Assembly (NCBI RefSeq): GCF_009914755.1
Contig: NC_060928.1
Strand: one strand, 5' to 3'
Origin: the human T2T-CHM13v2.0 reference genome, Homo sapiens
Length of the DNA stretch: 64,000 bases
The position numbers and the translations under genes were made by a program. The notes below the pieces were generated by a model that had not been told where the DNA came from, did no database searches, and saw only the letters and a program-made list of their open reading frames with translations. Below, piece after piece: positions 27,351 to 43,690 of the stretch. The first letter of the stretch is position 1. Every line of letters begins with the position of its first letter.

Positions 27351-28697
27351 ATGAGAAAACAAATTCAAATAATTAAGCGGTGTCACGAGCCAGACACATC
27401 ACAGTTGACATACATTTGTCACAGCTTTGTCTAAGCCATTTAAAGAAGAAACTATTCCAAGACCATGGCTGTAGTTTAGCTCCACTTCTTGCCTTGATAG
27501 AATAAATAGACATATTGATATAGTTAGTTATTTAAAAACTTGTGTGTTCACATAATTTGTTAGTTACAAACACATTGATTTTTTTTTTTTAAACCCCAGT
27601 GTATCCGGCACGATTCGAGATGCTGAGATAGAGCAGAGAAGAAGACGGACAGAATCCCTGTCCTCAGGAATCTTGCTCGCGGGCGGGAGAAGACAGATCA
27701 TGAACATGTAAGCTGAAAGACAGGACAGTCTCAGGAAGTGAGGTGCAGTCAGCACTGGAAGTAAGTGGAGAGTGTGCGAGGGAGGTGCAGCATTGGCTAG
27801 GCGGCCGGGAGGGTTTGGAGGGGGTGGTGAGATGACGCTTGAGTGGTGGCGGAAATAATGACGAGGACACAGCCATGGGAAACCTGGTGTAACAAAGAGC
27901 ATCCAGGGCGAGAGGGTGGGAAGGAAGAAGTGTGGGCAATGGGGGAGCTGGTGTCGCAGAAAAAGGTAGAGCCCAGTGATGTGGCGCATTGTTGGGAGGA
28001 TTTAGATTTTACTCGAGGCATAATGGAAAATGCAGGCGGGTCTTCCTTATAGAAAGGTGCCTCTAGGGACTTCTCAGGATGGGAGGTGTTTGAAGGGGAA
28101 ATCTTATTTCTCACCCTCAGTCTTCCACGCAGGAGAGAAATTCAGCCAACACCTGCCTCCTGAAGAGCCTCCACCCTCTAGCTAGCAGTCAAGCCTCCAT
28201 CATCCCCCAGCACCCAGCTACGCTCCTCTCCCCCAGTGACTTCAGGTTGAGGTGACTTTGGCAGAAAACAGCTCCAGCCCCTCCCATGCGGTCTGAAGGG
28301 TAATGCTGGCAGCCATAGGGGATGAACTGAGCAGGTCAGGATGGAAGCAGGGTGACTTGGGAGGACATAAGGCGGCCTGGACCGGAGTGAGCAGTGGGCG
28401 CAGTGAACGGTGGCTGGGTTCCAATTTGTAATGACTAATGTGGGTTTTTTTCTGCATCTTCTCCATTTCAGTTTAAGGCCCACAGAAGGCTTATAAAAAG
28501 TAATATGACTTTAAAGGGTTTGATGTAGTCAAAATGATGAAAGTGGAAAGTAATGCAATCTCACTTTTCTTGGCTTTTTAAATTGTGATGTACAAAAATA
28601 AATAGTTCCTGAGTGGCGTGCATACCAGCGAGAGGAAATGTACATTCGTTCACCGTCTGTGGGAGGAGCAACAGAACGATATTTATCCAGTGTTTTT

Positions 28698-28996
28698 TGT
28701 TTGTTTGTTTGTGTGTTTTAATTGAGATGAAGTCTCTCTCTGTCTCCCAGGCTGGAGTGCAGTAGCGCCAACTACAACCTCCGCCACCAGGGTTCAAGCA
28801 ATTCTCTGCCTCAGCCTCCTGAGTGGCTGGGTCTACAGGTGCCCGTCACCATGCCCAGCTAATTTTTTTGTATTTTTAGTAGAGACGGGGTTCCACCATG
28901 TTGGCCAGGCTGTCTCGAACTCCTGACCTCAAATGATCCACCCCCCTCAGCCTCCCAAAGTGCTGGGATTACAGGCATGGACCACCGCGCCCGGCC
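28698..28996 (-). mobile_element. AluS with (TTTG)n tail and a small internal deletion
   Basis: Reverse Alu ending CGCGCCCGGCC. TSD TATC[C/A]AG[T/G]GTTTT. Confidence 0.92.
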
Positions 28997-29911
28997 TATC
29001 AAGGGTTTTAAAAGTGTTCATTGGAGCCTTGGACCCAGTAACTCCACTTCAAGAAGTCTAACAAAAGAAAGAAATCAAAGGTGGGATTCATGAATGTGGA
29101 TGTTCAACACAATATTGGAAACAATCTGAACATAAAACCAAACACAAACGATGTATTAAATTCTGCCCCCTTCATTCCTGACCTATTATAAATGGTGCAA
29201 GTTTCCATTTTCCAATCTTTCTAAGGTAGTTCAGGTACAATTACTTGAGGCAGAAGGTTGAATTCGACGACCAAGAAGGTCTAAGGGCAATGTTTTTGTG
29301 AAATAAATTTTTTGCCTACATGTAGCTGGTGCCCAGAATTTTGCTCTGGGGTTTACTATTCTCCCAAAAGAGCCAAGTGGCTAAATTTGAAGTGTCTGAA
29401 AGTGTCTGAGGAAAGAGAAAATAGTCTTTCCATTTAGGTGTTGGCAGGGTCACTGTGGGAATCTTACTTTCAAATTACAGAGTCCAAGTTGAAAGGGTCT
29501 TAGAGATATTCTGGTTAAAACACCCACCCATTTCTGGAGTATCTGTTGTTTTCCAGGCACAGGTTAGGTACGGAGAATAGGAGGGCATGATTCTAGTGCA
29601 TAAGGGCTTTACAATGCAGCCCTGGGCATAAGAGAAGAATGAAACACGTCACCACAGGCTGAGTGTGGAAGTGCCAGGTCAGATCCACAGTGAGTGAGGA
29701 GGTGGGTGGGAGATCCATCCCGGGGGGACACCTGGTGGGTCACGTCTGGGAACACTGCAGATCGTAATTCCCACAACTCTGAAGGAAAGAGATGAGAGGG
29801 TCTCAGACTCTAGAGAAATGCTAACTGAGTTAGAAATGAGAAGAAATGAGGCCGGAAGAGGCACGATCTGATGCCACAGCTTTACTAAGTAGTGAAAAAG
29901 CAAGCTCTTAG

Positions 29912-30126
<215 letters not shown>

Positions 30127-30249
30127 TGAAATAAGTGGGGGCATCAGTGAACCAACCAATCAATGACAGAAGGAGAGATGAGATCTTGGTGCTTTAATCC
30201 CATGCCAGGCTAGTGAAATAGACAAGATACTATCACCTGCAACATATGT

Positions 30250-30520
30250 AACAATAACCAATGACAGCCTTGTAAGAATGGAAACATCTACTCTCTGTGA
30301 GCACTGTGCTGTGAGGGTTCCAGAATGACCTCATGGTATCCTCCCATTGACCTTCTGAAGCAGATGTTTTACCTAAGGGAAAACCGAGACTCAGACAGGT
30401 GAAGTAAACTCTCCAAATGTACCCTGCCAGTATGTGTCAGAACCAGGATTGGAACTAATCCTGCCAGTATGTGTCAGAACCAGGATTGGAACTAATCTAC
30501 GTCTAATTTGTACCCCAAAA
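30250..30520 (-). mobile_element. MIR containing a perfect 37-bp tandem duplication
   Basis: GGGAAAACCGAGACTCAGACAGGTGAAGTAAACTCTCCAA core. The duplication is at 30423-30496. Confidence 0.75.
30423..30496. repeat. Perfect 2 x 37-bp tandem repeat CCTGCCAGTATGTGTCAGAACCAGGATTGGAACTAAT
   Basis: Copies at 30423-30459 and 30460-30496 are identical. Confidence 0.95.
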
Positions 30521-31783
30521 GTATCTTACGATATTACTTCTAAATAAGGTCTGTGTACTTGAGTTTGATGGCCCATGTTCAGAGACGTTGCACGATTTAG
30601 CAAAGTGTGTAAATATACAAGCCTGAAAGTCAGTGGAAGCCCGCACCAAACTTCAATGACCCAATGGCCACCTTGGGGACTCCCAGTTTCTTTATCTTAA
30701 AATGTGGGAGATGGAATTCATGCATCTGCTAACCCTGCTTACTGTCTCTTGTTTTCACTCTGCAACAGCTTTGAAGCCGAAATTTTCACTTCTATTTACT
30801 GACTGGAAATAATTGACTCACACAAAAGCATCAGTGAGATTCCTAACAAGGCGCTGGGCTCAGCACTGACAGGAAGACCCCACTCGATGTAGTATCCCCG
30901 TCTCTCCTCTTGGCTCCCAGGACCTGACCCCGCTCTCCCTCCTTGCCCAGTGCCCCACCTTGTGTCCTCACTCCCTCACCTCCAGGTCCATCTCCTCTCC
31001 TCCGCCGCCCGGAACTCTCGGTTTCTCTCTCTTCTCTGGCAGAGGCCTCAGCTCATTTCCAGTCCCAGTTTCCCAACCAGCAAGCCCATACACATCTCCC
31101 TGCTTCAGCAAGCCAAGATCCGCTCCCCTTAAAAATCAGTACGGGGCCATAAATCACATGATTTTTTCCCTCTTAGAGGGATGATTAGACAGATAATTCA
31201 TGTAACTGAATCACATAATAATCACTGAATGAAAGGCAGCCATTGTTTTCATTAATGGAGAGAGCATACCTTCCCTGCTCTCTTCTCTTCTACACCACTA
31301 TGAGTTGATGTCATGGCAGATTCTATGGCAGAAAAGCTCTTCGTCTGGGGCTACCACCGCAGAGTGGGGGCATTTTATCACCTTTGGGAAGAAGCACAGC
31401 CATCACTAGGCACAGAAATCTATATGTTGTGAACCTGTGGGCCAGAAACTAGGCAGTCTCCCCAAATGGAAATACCATCAACAACTGGAAAGTTTGTGAT
31501 GAGATCTTGTTCTGGAGTATTGAGAAACAGGAGTCCCACTTACACCAAGCGTGGTCTTTATTCTACCCCAAAGGTAGAGGGAAACAGCAGTGTGGCATAT
31601 GAGAAGAGAGCCTGGCCATTAGAGGACCTGGCCAGATCTGCTATGAACCATCACCCCACATAACGTCTTGGCCTGCTAGGTGCACCGGGTCAGATGTCCA
31701 CAAAAGTGGCACGTGTTTACGAAGGGAGAAGGAGGTTGGAGGAGAGAAAAGGTGTTGTGTAAAAAATAGTACAAAATAATCCT

Positions 31784-31917
31784 TTTTTTTTTCTTTGTAC
31801 AGATGGAGGTCTCACTATGTTGCCCAGGCTGATCTCACACTCCTGGCCTCAAGCAATCCTCCTGCCTCAGCCTCCCCAAAATGCTGGGATTACAGGTGTG
31901 AGCTACCATGCCTAGCC
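31784..31917 (-). mobile_element. FLAM-type free Alu left monomer
   Basis: Single monomer with T tail. TSD CAAAATAATC[C/T]T at 31772-31783 and 31918-31929. Confidence 0.88.
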
Positions 31918-33737
31918 CAAAATAATCTTAAAAGCTGTGTGTCATTATTATTGCCACTGAACGGAGAGTTGGAGTGGTTGAGTCAATATCCCAAGGTCTT
32001 GTAGTTGGTAAGTGGTAGAGCTAGGAATCCAACTTCAGAAGCAGCACCTTTGGCCAACAGATCAAGGCCTCTCCAAGCATCGTCTTCATCGTTACAGCTA
32101 ACAGGTACCAAATACTAAGTCTATACCAAATAGGATGCAAGGTGCATTGCCAACATTATTTGCTTAATCCTCACACCATCGCTGTGAGGTTGGCACTATA
32201 ATTACCCTCTTCTTAAATAGGAAAGCAGATGGAAACGGTGAGAAGTTAAGTGTTAAATGGCTTGCTCACAGGGACTTGGGGAGGGCGGTGAGGTGTGAGT
32301 GTGGGCCATTCAACTTGGGGTAGGGCTTTTGAGCAGTGTGCCGTATTGCATCTCCAGTGGGCCGCAGTGAGCACACCTCCTGCGGCACTGAACTGCAGGA
32401 GGGAGAAGGCATTGCTAAGGATCGAGTCCTAAACACCAACTGAACGGGGCCACCGAGCTACGTTGGCTCCTCAGGCACTCTCATGCTGGTGGGGTCTGTA
32501 GAAGAACCTGCTAGAGTTGACTGAACTTTTATGAAAGTGACATAACAAGAATTTTAATCATGAGAATTAGCACAGGACCATGAAAATATCAAAGCATAAG
32601 AGAGAACTATCAGCAAGTCATCTTGCAGCCCAGGCCCTGAAGGCGCTCATACAGAAGAAACGTGGACAGGAGGTGGGAACCTGGGCCTTGGCCTTGTGAG
32701 ACTCTGTCTCTAACTACAACCTTCTGAAGCTCCGTTTTTTAATCTCTGAAATGGGCTGAAAGAATCTCACCTCGTGATTGAGCTACCCTGCGCGGGAAAC
32801 CACTTGTTTTCCCTGGATCTGTACAACCTACAGGTCAGGAGATCCCCTTGTGAACCCACGCCACCAGGGCCTTGGGTCCCAAGCACAGAGCTGTGCAGAT
32901 TCTCAGTGGCCACTCGGCTGGAGACACTGCCTAAGACTACTGAGTTCACAGGGGGAGGGGTTGCCACCATCACTGTAGCCCCAGTCTGCCATTTCCCCTG
33001 CTGGTGCCAGGGAAACTGGGTGGTTTGGACTCAGGAACAACTCCCCACAGCGCAGCACAGTGGCTGTGGCAGATCATGGCCAGGCTACCTCTTTAGGCCA
33101 AACTTGGACCCATCCCTCCTCACCAGATGGGGCCTCCCCGCAGGAATTTCAGCAACTCCAGGCAGGGGTTTAGGGATAGAACTCTGATTTCCTTGGGATG
33201 GAGCCCCTAGGGCATGGAGTGGCCATAGTCTCCATGGATCAGCAGACTTGATCTTTTCCCCTGCTGGCTCCGTGGAATCTGGGCAGTCCAGACGAGTGGG
33301 ATTCCTTCCAGCACAGTGCACCCCCTCCACCAAGGGGCAGCCAGAGTGCTTTGTTAAGCGGGTCTCTGATCCTGTGACTCCTGAGCGGTTGAGACCTCCC
33401 AACAGGGGTCACCAGACACCTTATACAGGAGCATTCCCACTGGCGTCAGGTCAGTGCCTCTCTGGGATGGAGCTCCCAGAGGAAGGAGCAGGCAGTCATC
33501 TTTGCTGTTCTGCAGCCTCCACTGGTGACACCTCCAGGTGTGGGAGGAACCCAAGCGAATGGAGTCTGGAGTGGATGCCTAGCAAACCTTAGCAACCCTA
33601 CAGAAGAGGGGCCTGACTGTTAAAAGAAAAACAGATAAACAGAAAGCAACAACAACAGCATCAACAAAAAAGTCCCCACAAAAACTCCATCCAAATGTCA
33701 GCAGCCTCAAAGACTGAAGGCAGATAAAGTCATGAAG

Positions 33738-34760
33738 ATGAGAAAGAATCAATGAAAAAACACTGAAGACTCAAAAAGCCAGAGTGTCTTCTCCAAAAGA
33801 TCACAACATATCTCCAGCAAGGGCACAGAACTGGGCTGAAGCTGAGATGGATGAACTGATAGAAGTAGGCTTCAGAAGGTGGGTAATAACAAACTTTGCT
33901 GAGCTAAAGGAGCATGTTCTAACCCAATGCAAAGAAGCTAAGAATCATAATAAAACACTACGGGAGCTGTTAACCAGAATAACCACTTTAGAGAGAAATA
34001 TAAATGACCTGATGGAGCTAGAACATACAACAAAAGAACTTCACAATGCAACCACAAGTATCAATAGCCAAGCAGACCAAGCAGAAGAAAGAATTTCAGA
34101 ACTTGAAGACTATCTTGCTGAAATAAGACAGGAAAACAAGATTAGAGAAAAAAGAATGAAAAGGAATGAGCAAAACCTCTGAGAACTATGGGATTAGGTA
34201 AAAAGACCAAACCTATGACTGATTGGGGTACCTGAAAGAGACAAAGAGAATGGAACCAAGCTGGAAAACATATTTCAGTATATCATCCAGGAAAACTTCC
34301 CCAACCTAGCAAGTCAGGCCAGCATTCAAATTCAGGAAATCCAGGGAACCCCAGTAAGATACTCCATGAGAAGATCAACCAACCCTAAGACACATAATCA
34401 TCAGATTCTTCAAGGTCAAAATGAAGGAAAAAGTGTTAAGGGCAGCTAGAGAGAAAGTCCAGGTCACCTACAAAGGGAAGCCCATCAGATTAACAGCAGA
34501 CCTCTCAGCAGAAATCCTACAAGCCAGAAGAGACTGGGAGCCAATATTTAACATTCTTAAAGAAAAGAATTTCAAACCCAGAATTTCATATCTGGCCAAA
34601 CCAAGCTTCATAAGTGAAGAAGAAATAAAATTCTGTTTGGACAAACAAATGCTGAGGGAATTCATCACCACCAGGTCTGCGTTGCAAGAGCTCCTGAAGG
34701 AAGCACAAATATGGAAAGGAAAAACCATTACCAGCCACTACAAAAACAGACTGAAGTACA
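33738..34760 (+). pseudogene. Disrupted L1 ORF1p
   Basis: Fragments EVGFRRWVITNFAELKEHV...ERISELED and MKEKVLRAAREK...YKGKPIRLTADLS. Early TGA and frameshifts. Confidence 0.9.
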
Positions 34761-34821
34761 AAGACCAATGACACTATGAAGCAACTACATCAACAAGTCT
34801 GCAAAATAACCAGCTAGCATC

Positions 34822-38620
<3,799 letters not shown>

Positions 38621-39295
38621 ACAATGACAACACATGGACACAGGGAGGGGAACAACACACACTGGGGCCTGTTGGGGAATGTAGAGGGAGGGAGAGCATC
38701 AGGATAAATAGCTAATGCATGCTGGGCTTAATACCTAGGTGATGGGTTGATAGGTGCAGCCAACCACCATGGCACACGTTTACCTGTGGAACAAACCTGC
38801 ACATCCTGCACAAGTACCCTAGAATTTAATAAAATAAAATAAAATAGAATCTCATCTCTTTCCAACAAATTATGAAATCTGAAGGATAAATGAGTTTATA
38901 AATATGAAAATATTTGAGAGCTCTTTGGAAGAAAGGTGCTATGGAAACATAGCACAATGTTTGCCTGCACGATGTGCATGCCGTATTTGTATATGCTATT
39001 GCACTGAAGGATTCATGCTTCCTATTAGTTCTAAGCCAGATAATCAGATGAATAGAACATAATCAGATATCTGATTCTATTAGGCAGACACTGAGTATGT
39101 AGAAATATGTAAATAGCTTTTAATTTTAGATTGGCATCCTTTGCACCGCTGATGGAGTAGGTTAAACATGAATATTGTAAGCGTAGACACTTCCCACCAT
39201 TGACAGGTATGTTAAGAACATGGATGTAGAGCCTGAGAGATTAGATATTCTGTAGGTAGAATTCTCCTTTTACAATTTAACTAGATCTTGGATAA

Positions 39296-39351
39296 AACAC
39301 ACATGCACATGCATGTATACACACACACACACACATTCACACACACACACA
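39296..39351. repeat. Interrupted (CA)n microsatellite
   Basis: acacacatgcacatgcatgtatacacacacacacacacattcacacacacacaca. Confidence 0.85.
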
Positions 39352-39542
39352 AGAGTTTTAAAAATATTGCCAAGCTCACAAGTGATCCCACTAGGTCAGT
39401 GGTGTTCCTTCTTTCTTGGAAAAGCAAATGAATATCTTCTTTTCAGGACAGTTTCAATTTAAGTCCCCAAGCTTCCCACAGACTAAGTTCAATCATATAT
39501 GAACTAAAGTTTTTTACCAAACATGCATATCAATAAGTCACA

Positions 39543-39996
39543 TGGCAGAGGTGGCTAGCTCTCAACCAATGTGTTCTGCTGTCCTTCCACTGTGAACAGA
39601 TGTTGCTGGGAAACACTCGGCAACTGCCTCACCAGCAGAAGCATTTTCTAGCCACATTTCCATCTAGGTGAAGCCCTGAACTGCACTCAGGCCAATGGGA
39701 AGAAGGCAGAAGTGAAATGCACCATTTCTAGCCCTGGCCCATGGATGCTTCCCCTGCTATTTGCCAGAGCCTTCCTTTCCCTGTCTACCAGCAGGATGTT
39801 GGTGCTCAGGGCGATCCTGGAAGTTGGACATGGTGCAGCCTTCATCCGTCAGCGTCTGTGAATGACTACATGGAGCGAGCCCCACCTCCATGCACCAACT
39901 GGACATCATGTGAGGGAGGAAACAGTTCTAGCATGTTAAACCACTGAGATGTTAGAGTGTGAGTGAACAGCGGTAAGTTTTATCTTAACTACCGCA
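39543..39996 (+). mobile_element. Old MLT1 (I/J-type) LTR
   Basis: GGCCAATGGGAAGAAGGCAGAAGTG...TGAATGACTACATGGAGC...ATGTTAAACCACTGAGATGTT. Confidence 0.7.
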
Positions 39997-39999
39997 GTC

Positions 40000-40900
40000 A
40001 CTGTGAGAGTCAGCAGAAACGACAACCACAGATTTAGCACCAAGAGCTTTAAGTTTGGAATGATTATATTTAGAATAAAAGACAAGCTTTATGACGTGTT
40101 TAAAGAAATAAAAGATAGAATCAAAATTAGCAAGGAACAAGAGACTTTAAGAAATAACCATGTAGAATTAAGAATCAAATAGATTTTTGGATATTAAGAA
40201 TATAATAATGTTAAAACTTGGTAGTAAGCTAAATAGCAGAACCAATGCAGCTGAAAAAATAATGAACTGGAAGATGTAATTGAAAAAATAATGCAGAATT
40301 CAGTATATGTGGGAAAGAGATTAAAATATGAGGGAAAGCAAATCGTGGCTCCACAACCTGTGTCTACCCAGAACCTGCGGAAGTGACCTCATTTGGAAGA
40401 AGGGTCTTAGCAGATGTCACTAAGTTAAGGGTTTCAGGATGAGGTCGTCCTGGGTGATCCAATGGTCCTGCATCCAATGGCAAGAGGTCTTATAAGGAAG
40501 GGAGACAGTCACATGTCAATAGAGGCAGAGGTGGAAGTGATGGGTCCACAGGCCCAAAAAGGCCAAGGAATTCTGGCGGCACCAGCAGCTGGAGGACAGT
40601 CATAGAACAGATTCTCCCTCGGAGCACCGAGAAGGCAAAACCCTTGATTTTGGACTTCTTGCCTCGAGAACCATGGCAGTCGATTCCTGTTGTCTGAGCC
40701 ACCCAGCGTGTGGAGTGTGTGACAGCAGCCCTAGGGAGCTGACACAAAGGCTGCGAGACAGGAGGAATGGGAGGAGAGGAGCTGCGTCACATCTAATGAG
40801 ACAGCTGGGAGGAAGACTGGAGACAACAGAGGTAGGACAATATTATGAGAGATAATCAAAGAATTTTCTGAACCGATGAATTGTATGAATCCTGAGATAA
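40000..40900 (+). mobile_element. Very old L1M/HAL1 ORF1-like fragment split by MLT1C
   Basis: A-rich ORF1-like text (GCAGCTGAAAAAATAATGAACTGGAAGAT; AATATTATGAGAGATAATCAAAGAATTTTCTGAA) on both sides of the LTR. Confidence 0.55.
40330..40746 (+). mobile_element. MLT1C-type LTR
   Basis: AGTGACCTCATTTGGAAGAAGGGTCTTAGCAGATG...GAGCCACCCAGCGTGTGG...CAGCAGCCCTAGGGAGCTGACACA. Confidence 0.82.
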
Positions 40901-41009
40901 GTAAATATAGCATATTTTACAAATGCAGGTCAAATTGTATTAAATGTATACTAAACTGGATTGAGAACACAGAACATCCCTGTCTTCAGAGTAGCCGGGA
41001 GTAGAACTA

Positions 41010-41133
41010 CAGGGTCATGGGTGGAGTTTGCCCAGGACAGTCCTGGTTTACACCGGTTGCTCCTGTCATGATTCTTACCTCCTCTTGCGTTCTGAAAAGC
41101 ATCCTGATTTGCATAGGTTTTGAATGTCACTAA
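41010..41133 (+). mobile_element. MER94-like hAT MITE
   Basis: GTTTGCCCAGGACAGTCCTGGTTTACACC...AAAAGCATCCTGATTTG matches my recall of MER94. Confidence 0.6.
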
Positions 41134-41409
41134 ATTCACACCCTCCCATAAAGACAAACACCAGAAACAACATCCCACGGGCAACATCTACAACCAAATG
41201 AGGGACAACGCATCCCTGTGAACCTCAAAACACAAACCTGTGGGGACACCCCAGCCAGCGCTCTAGAGCCACATGGTCTCAGCCTCTGTGTGGGGTAGCA
41301 GGGAGGAGGAGCCGTGTCCTTTTGCGAGAATCATGCCCAGACCCCAAGGTCCTTTCACTCTCATCACCCTCTTTAACCTGCAGAACACCTTGTCCTTATT
41401 TAGATTAAA

Positions 41410-42270
41410 AACAAAAAAGTTGTAGTATTCTTGACAAAAAAGGTTTAACTTGAATCTATTCATGAAGAAAAACAATCAGACAAATCCAAAATGTGGCATA
41501 TTGTACAAGACAACTGGCTGGGATTTTTAGGATTGCCAACATCATGAAGGACCAAAATACAAAACAAAAAGGCAAAACAATTTCTCTTAATGCAGAGCAA
41601 AGGAACATGGCAACCAAACGTACTGCTTGAAACTTGATTAGATTTTAGATTTCAAATAATGTTCTAAGGGATTCTTTTTTGGCCATTGAGAAAACCTGAA
41701 AATATGGCAAATAGTCTAATTAGTTGATTTGTTGAATCAATGTTAAATTTGTTGGGTAGCATTGTGGTTGTGTAGAGAATATCTTACCCTTACCCATGCT
41801 GAAGGATTTAGCGGTGAAGTGTCAGGTGTTAGCAATTTACCCTCAGCTGGTCCAGCAGAAACAAAAGAGAAACCTATATTTCTCAGTGATTAAATAAAGC
41901 AAATGTGCCAAACCTTAACAATTTGAGAAACTTGATAAAGCGTACATAGATATTCATAATACTATTTCAATGTTTTTGTACTTTGAAATTTTCTATTATA
42001 AAAACTTGAGGAATAGCCATACAATGGGATACTATTCTGCTGTAAACAAGGAAAAAACTATGGATACATGTTCCAGTGTGAATGAAAATGAAGCTCAAAA
42101 ACAGTATGCTCAGTAAAAGAATCAAGACCCAAGAGACCACAGATTGAATGATTCTGTTTTGATAAAATATCTACAAAAGGCAAAGCTAAAAAGACGCAAA
42201 GTAGATTAGCAGTTTTCTGGGGGCGGGGTGGTGGCAAATGGGAATTAACAATAAATGTGCATGAGACCGA
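41410..42270 (+). mobile_element. Old L1ME/L1M 3' fragments
   Basis: TTTAACTTGAATCTATTCATGAAGAAAAACAATCAGACAAATCCAAAATGTGG; CATACAATGGGATACTATTC; AAAAGGCAAAGCT. Confidence 0.6.
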
Positions 42271-42569
42271 CAAGGTGAGAAGAGAGAACAAGAAAGAAAG
42301 AGAAATAAGGACCAGGCTCTGAGGAGCTCCAATATAAAGGGGCCAGCAAAGAGAAGTCAGTGGGAGGTTCTAGAAGGTGAGGTTGAGAGGAAGGAGAAAA
42401 CTTGGACCCCAATAAAGAGACAGTTTCTAGGAGGCAGGAATGGTCAAAAGGTTAAATACACAGAGAGATCTTGAGAGATGCCATTGGGTCTGGCCATTAG
42501 GAGGTTTTGAGTGAATTTAGGAAGAGCAGGAAGGGTAGAGGATGACATCAGTAGTGGAATCCCAGTTCA

Positions 42570-43690
42570 TGCATTTGCCCCGCCGTGGCCTGGGCTGAAG
42601 TCTCCTACAGGCCTCTCTGCTTCCGCCCTCAGCCTCACTGGCCATTGCTCTCCATGCCCCGGTGCTAGAGTGATCTTTCTAAAATGAAAGTCTTATCACA
42701 CTACCCCCCTACTCAGAACCCTCCAAAGGTGAGCCCCACACTCAGAATAAGATCCAAAGTCTGCGCCACGACCTACAGGACCTGCCGCGGCCTCTTGTCC
42801 ATTCAGGTTCTTCAAGAAGCAGACGCCAAGACAAGGTTAAACATAAGAGAAATGTGTTAAGAAAGCACTCGTTCCACACAGAGGGAGGGGAGGAAGCAGA
42901 AGCAGGCCGTAAAATCTCCCATTTGTAAGGTCTGGCATCTGTGAGAGGAGATGCGGAAGGAAAGGACTGGGTAGAAAGGATGTCTGCAAATCTAAGGAGG
43001 TTTGACCAGATTGCTGGGAATCCTCAAGCTGGGCCAAGGTCACCTGTTAGAGGAAAAGGCCTGCACCAGGAGCCTGACCTTGCTTGGTCATTGGTCAGGG
43101 TCAGCTTGGGAGAAGTGAAACTTTGGCACCAAGGTGATGGACTTAAAGGAGCAGCAGCTGGGACCATTGGTTGACTCTGCTCCCTGCAGCAGATCTGGGC
43201 AGTACTGCGTGAAGGCCACCACACCACTGCACACCGCTCAGACCTCACTGCCACTCTCATTGCTCCTTTTTTGCTCTTGCTACACTGGCTCTTGGCTTCC
43301 TCCAATATCCCAAACATGCACCTGCCTCAGAGCTGTCGCTGTTCCCTGCCTGGAATGCTTTGTTCTCGGATATCTACAGGCCAGCTCCAGGGCCTTGCTC
43401 AGGTCTCCGCTCAAATTTTATCTTATCAGAAAGACATTTGCAGACCACCCTAGGTAAAATGGCACTGTGGTCATTCTTGGTGCCTCGTCTAACTTTTTCC
43501 ATAGAATTTATTACCACCTGACATTGTTTATATATGTGTTATTTGTCTGCAACATTTCACAAGAATGTAAATTTCAGGAGGGTAGAAACTTTGCCCTGTT
43601 TTGTTCATTTGTATCTCCAGGGCCTAGAAGAGTATCTCTGGCTCCATAGAAGGTGAGAGATACTTCTTGAATAAATGAATGAATAGACAC
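42570..43690 (+). mobile_element. L2 3' end, interrupted by an ERVL-type LTR fragment (~42790-43232)
   Basis: GCTAGAGTGATCTTTCTAAAATG, CTGTTCCCTGCCTGGAATGC and terminal (TGAA)n. The insert contains AGAAGCAGACGCCAAGAC, typical of LTR16/33/50-class elements. Confidence 0.7.

Noticed and set aside
30423-30496. CRISPR-like direct repeats (37 bp)
   Set aside because: Two adjacent copies with no spacer, inside a mammalian MIR. It is a simple tandem duplication.
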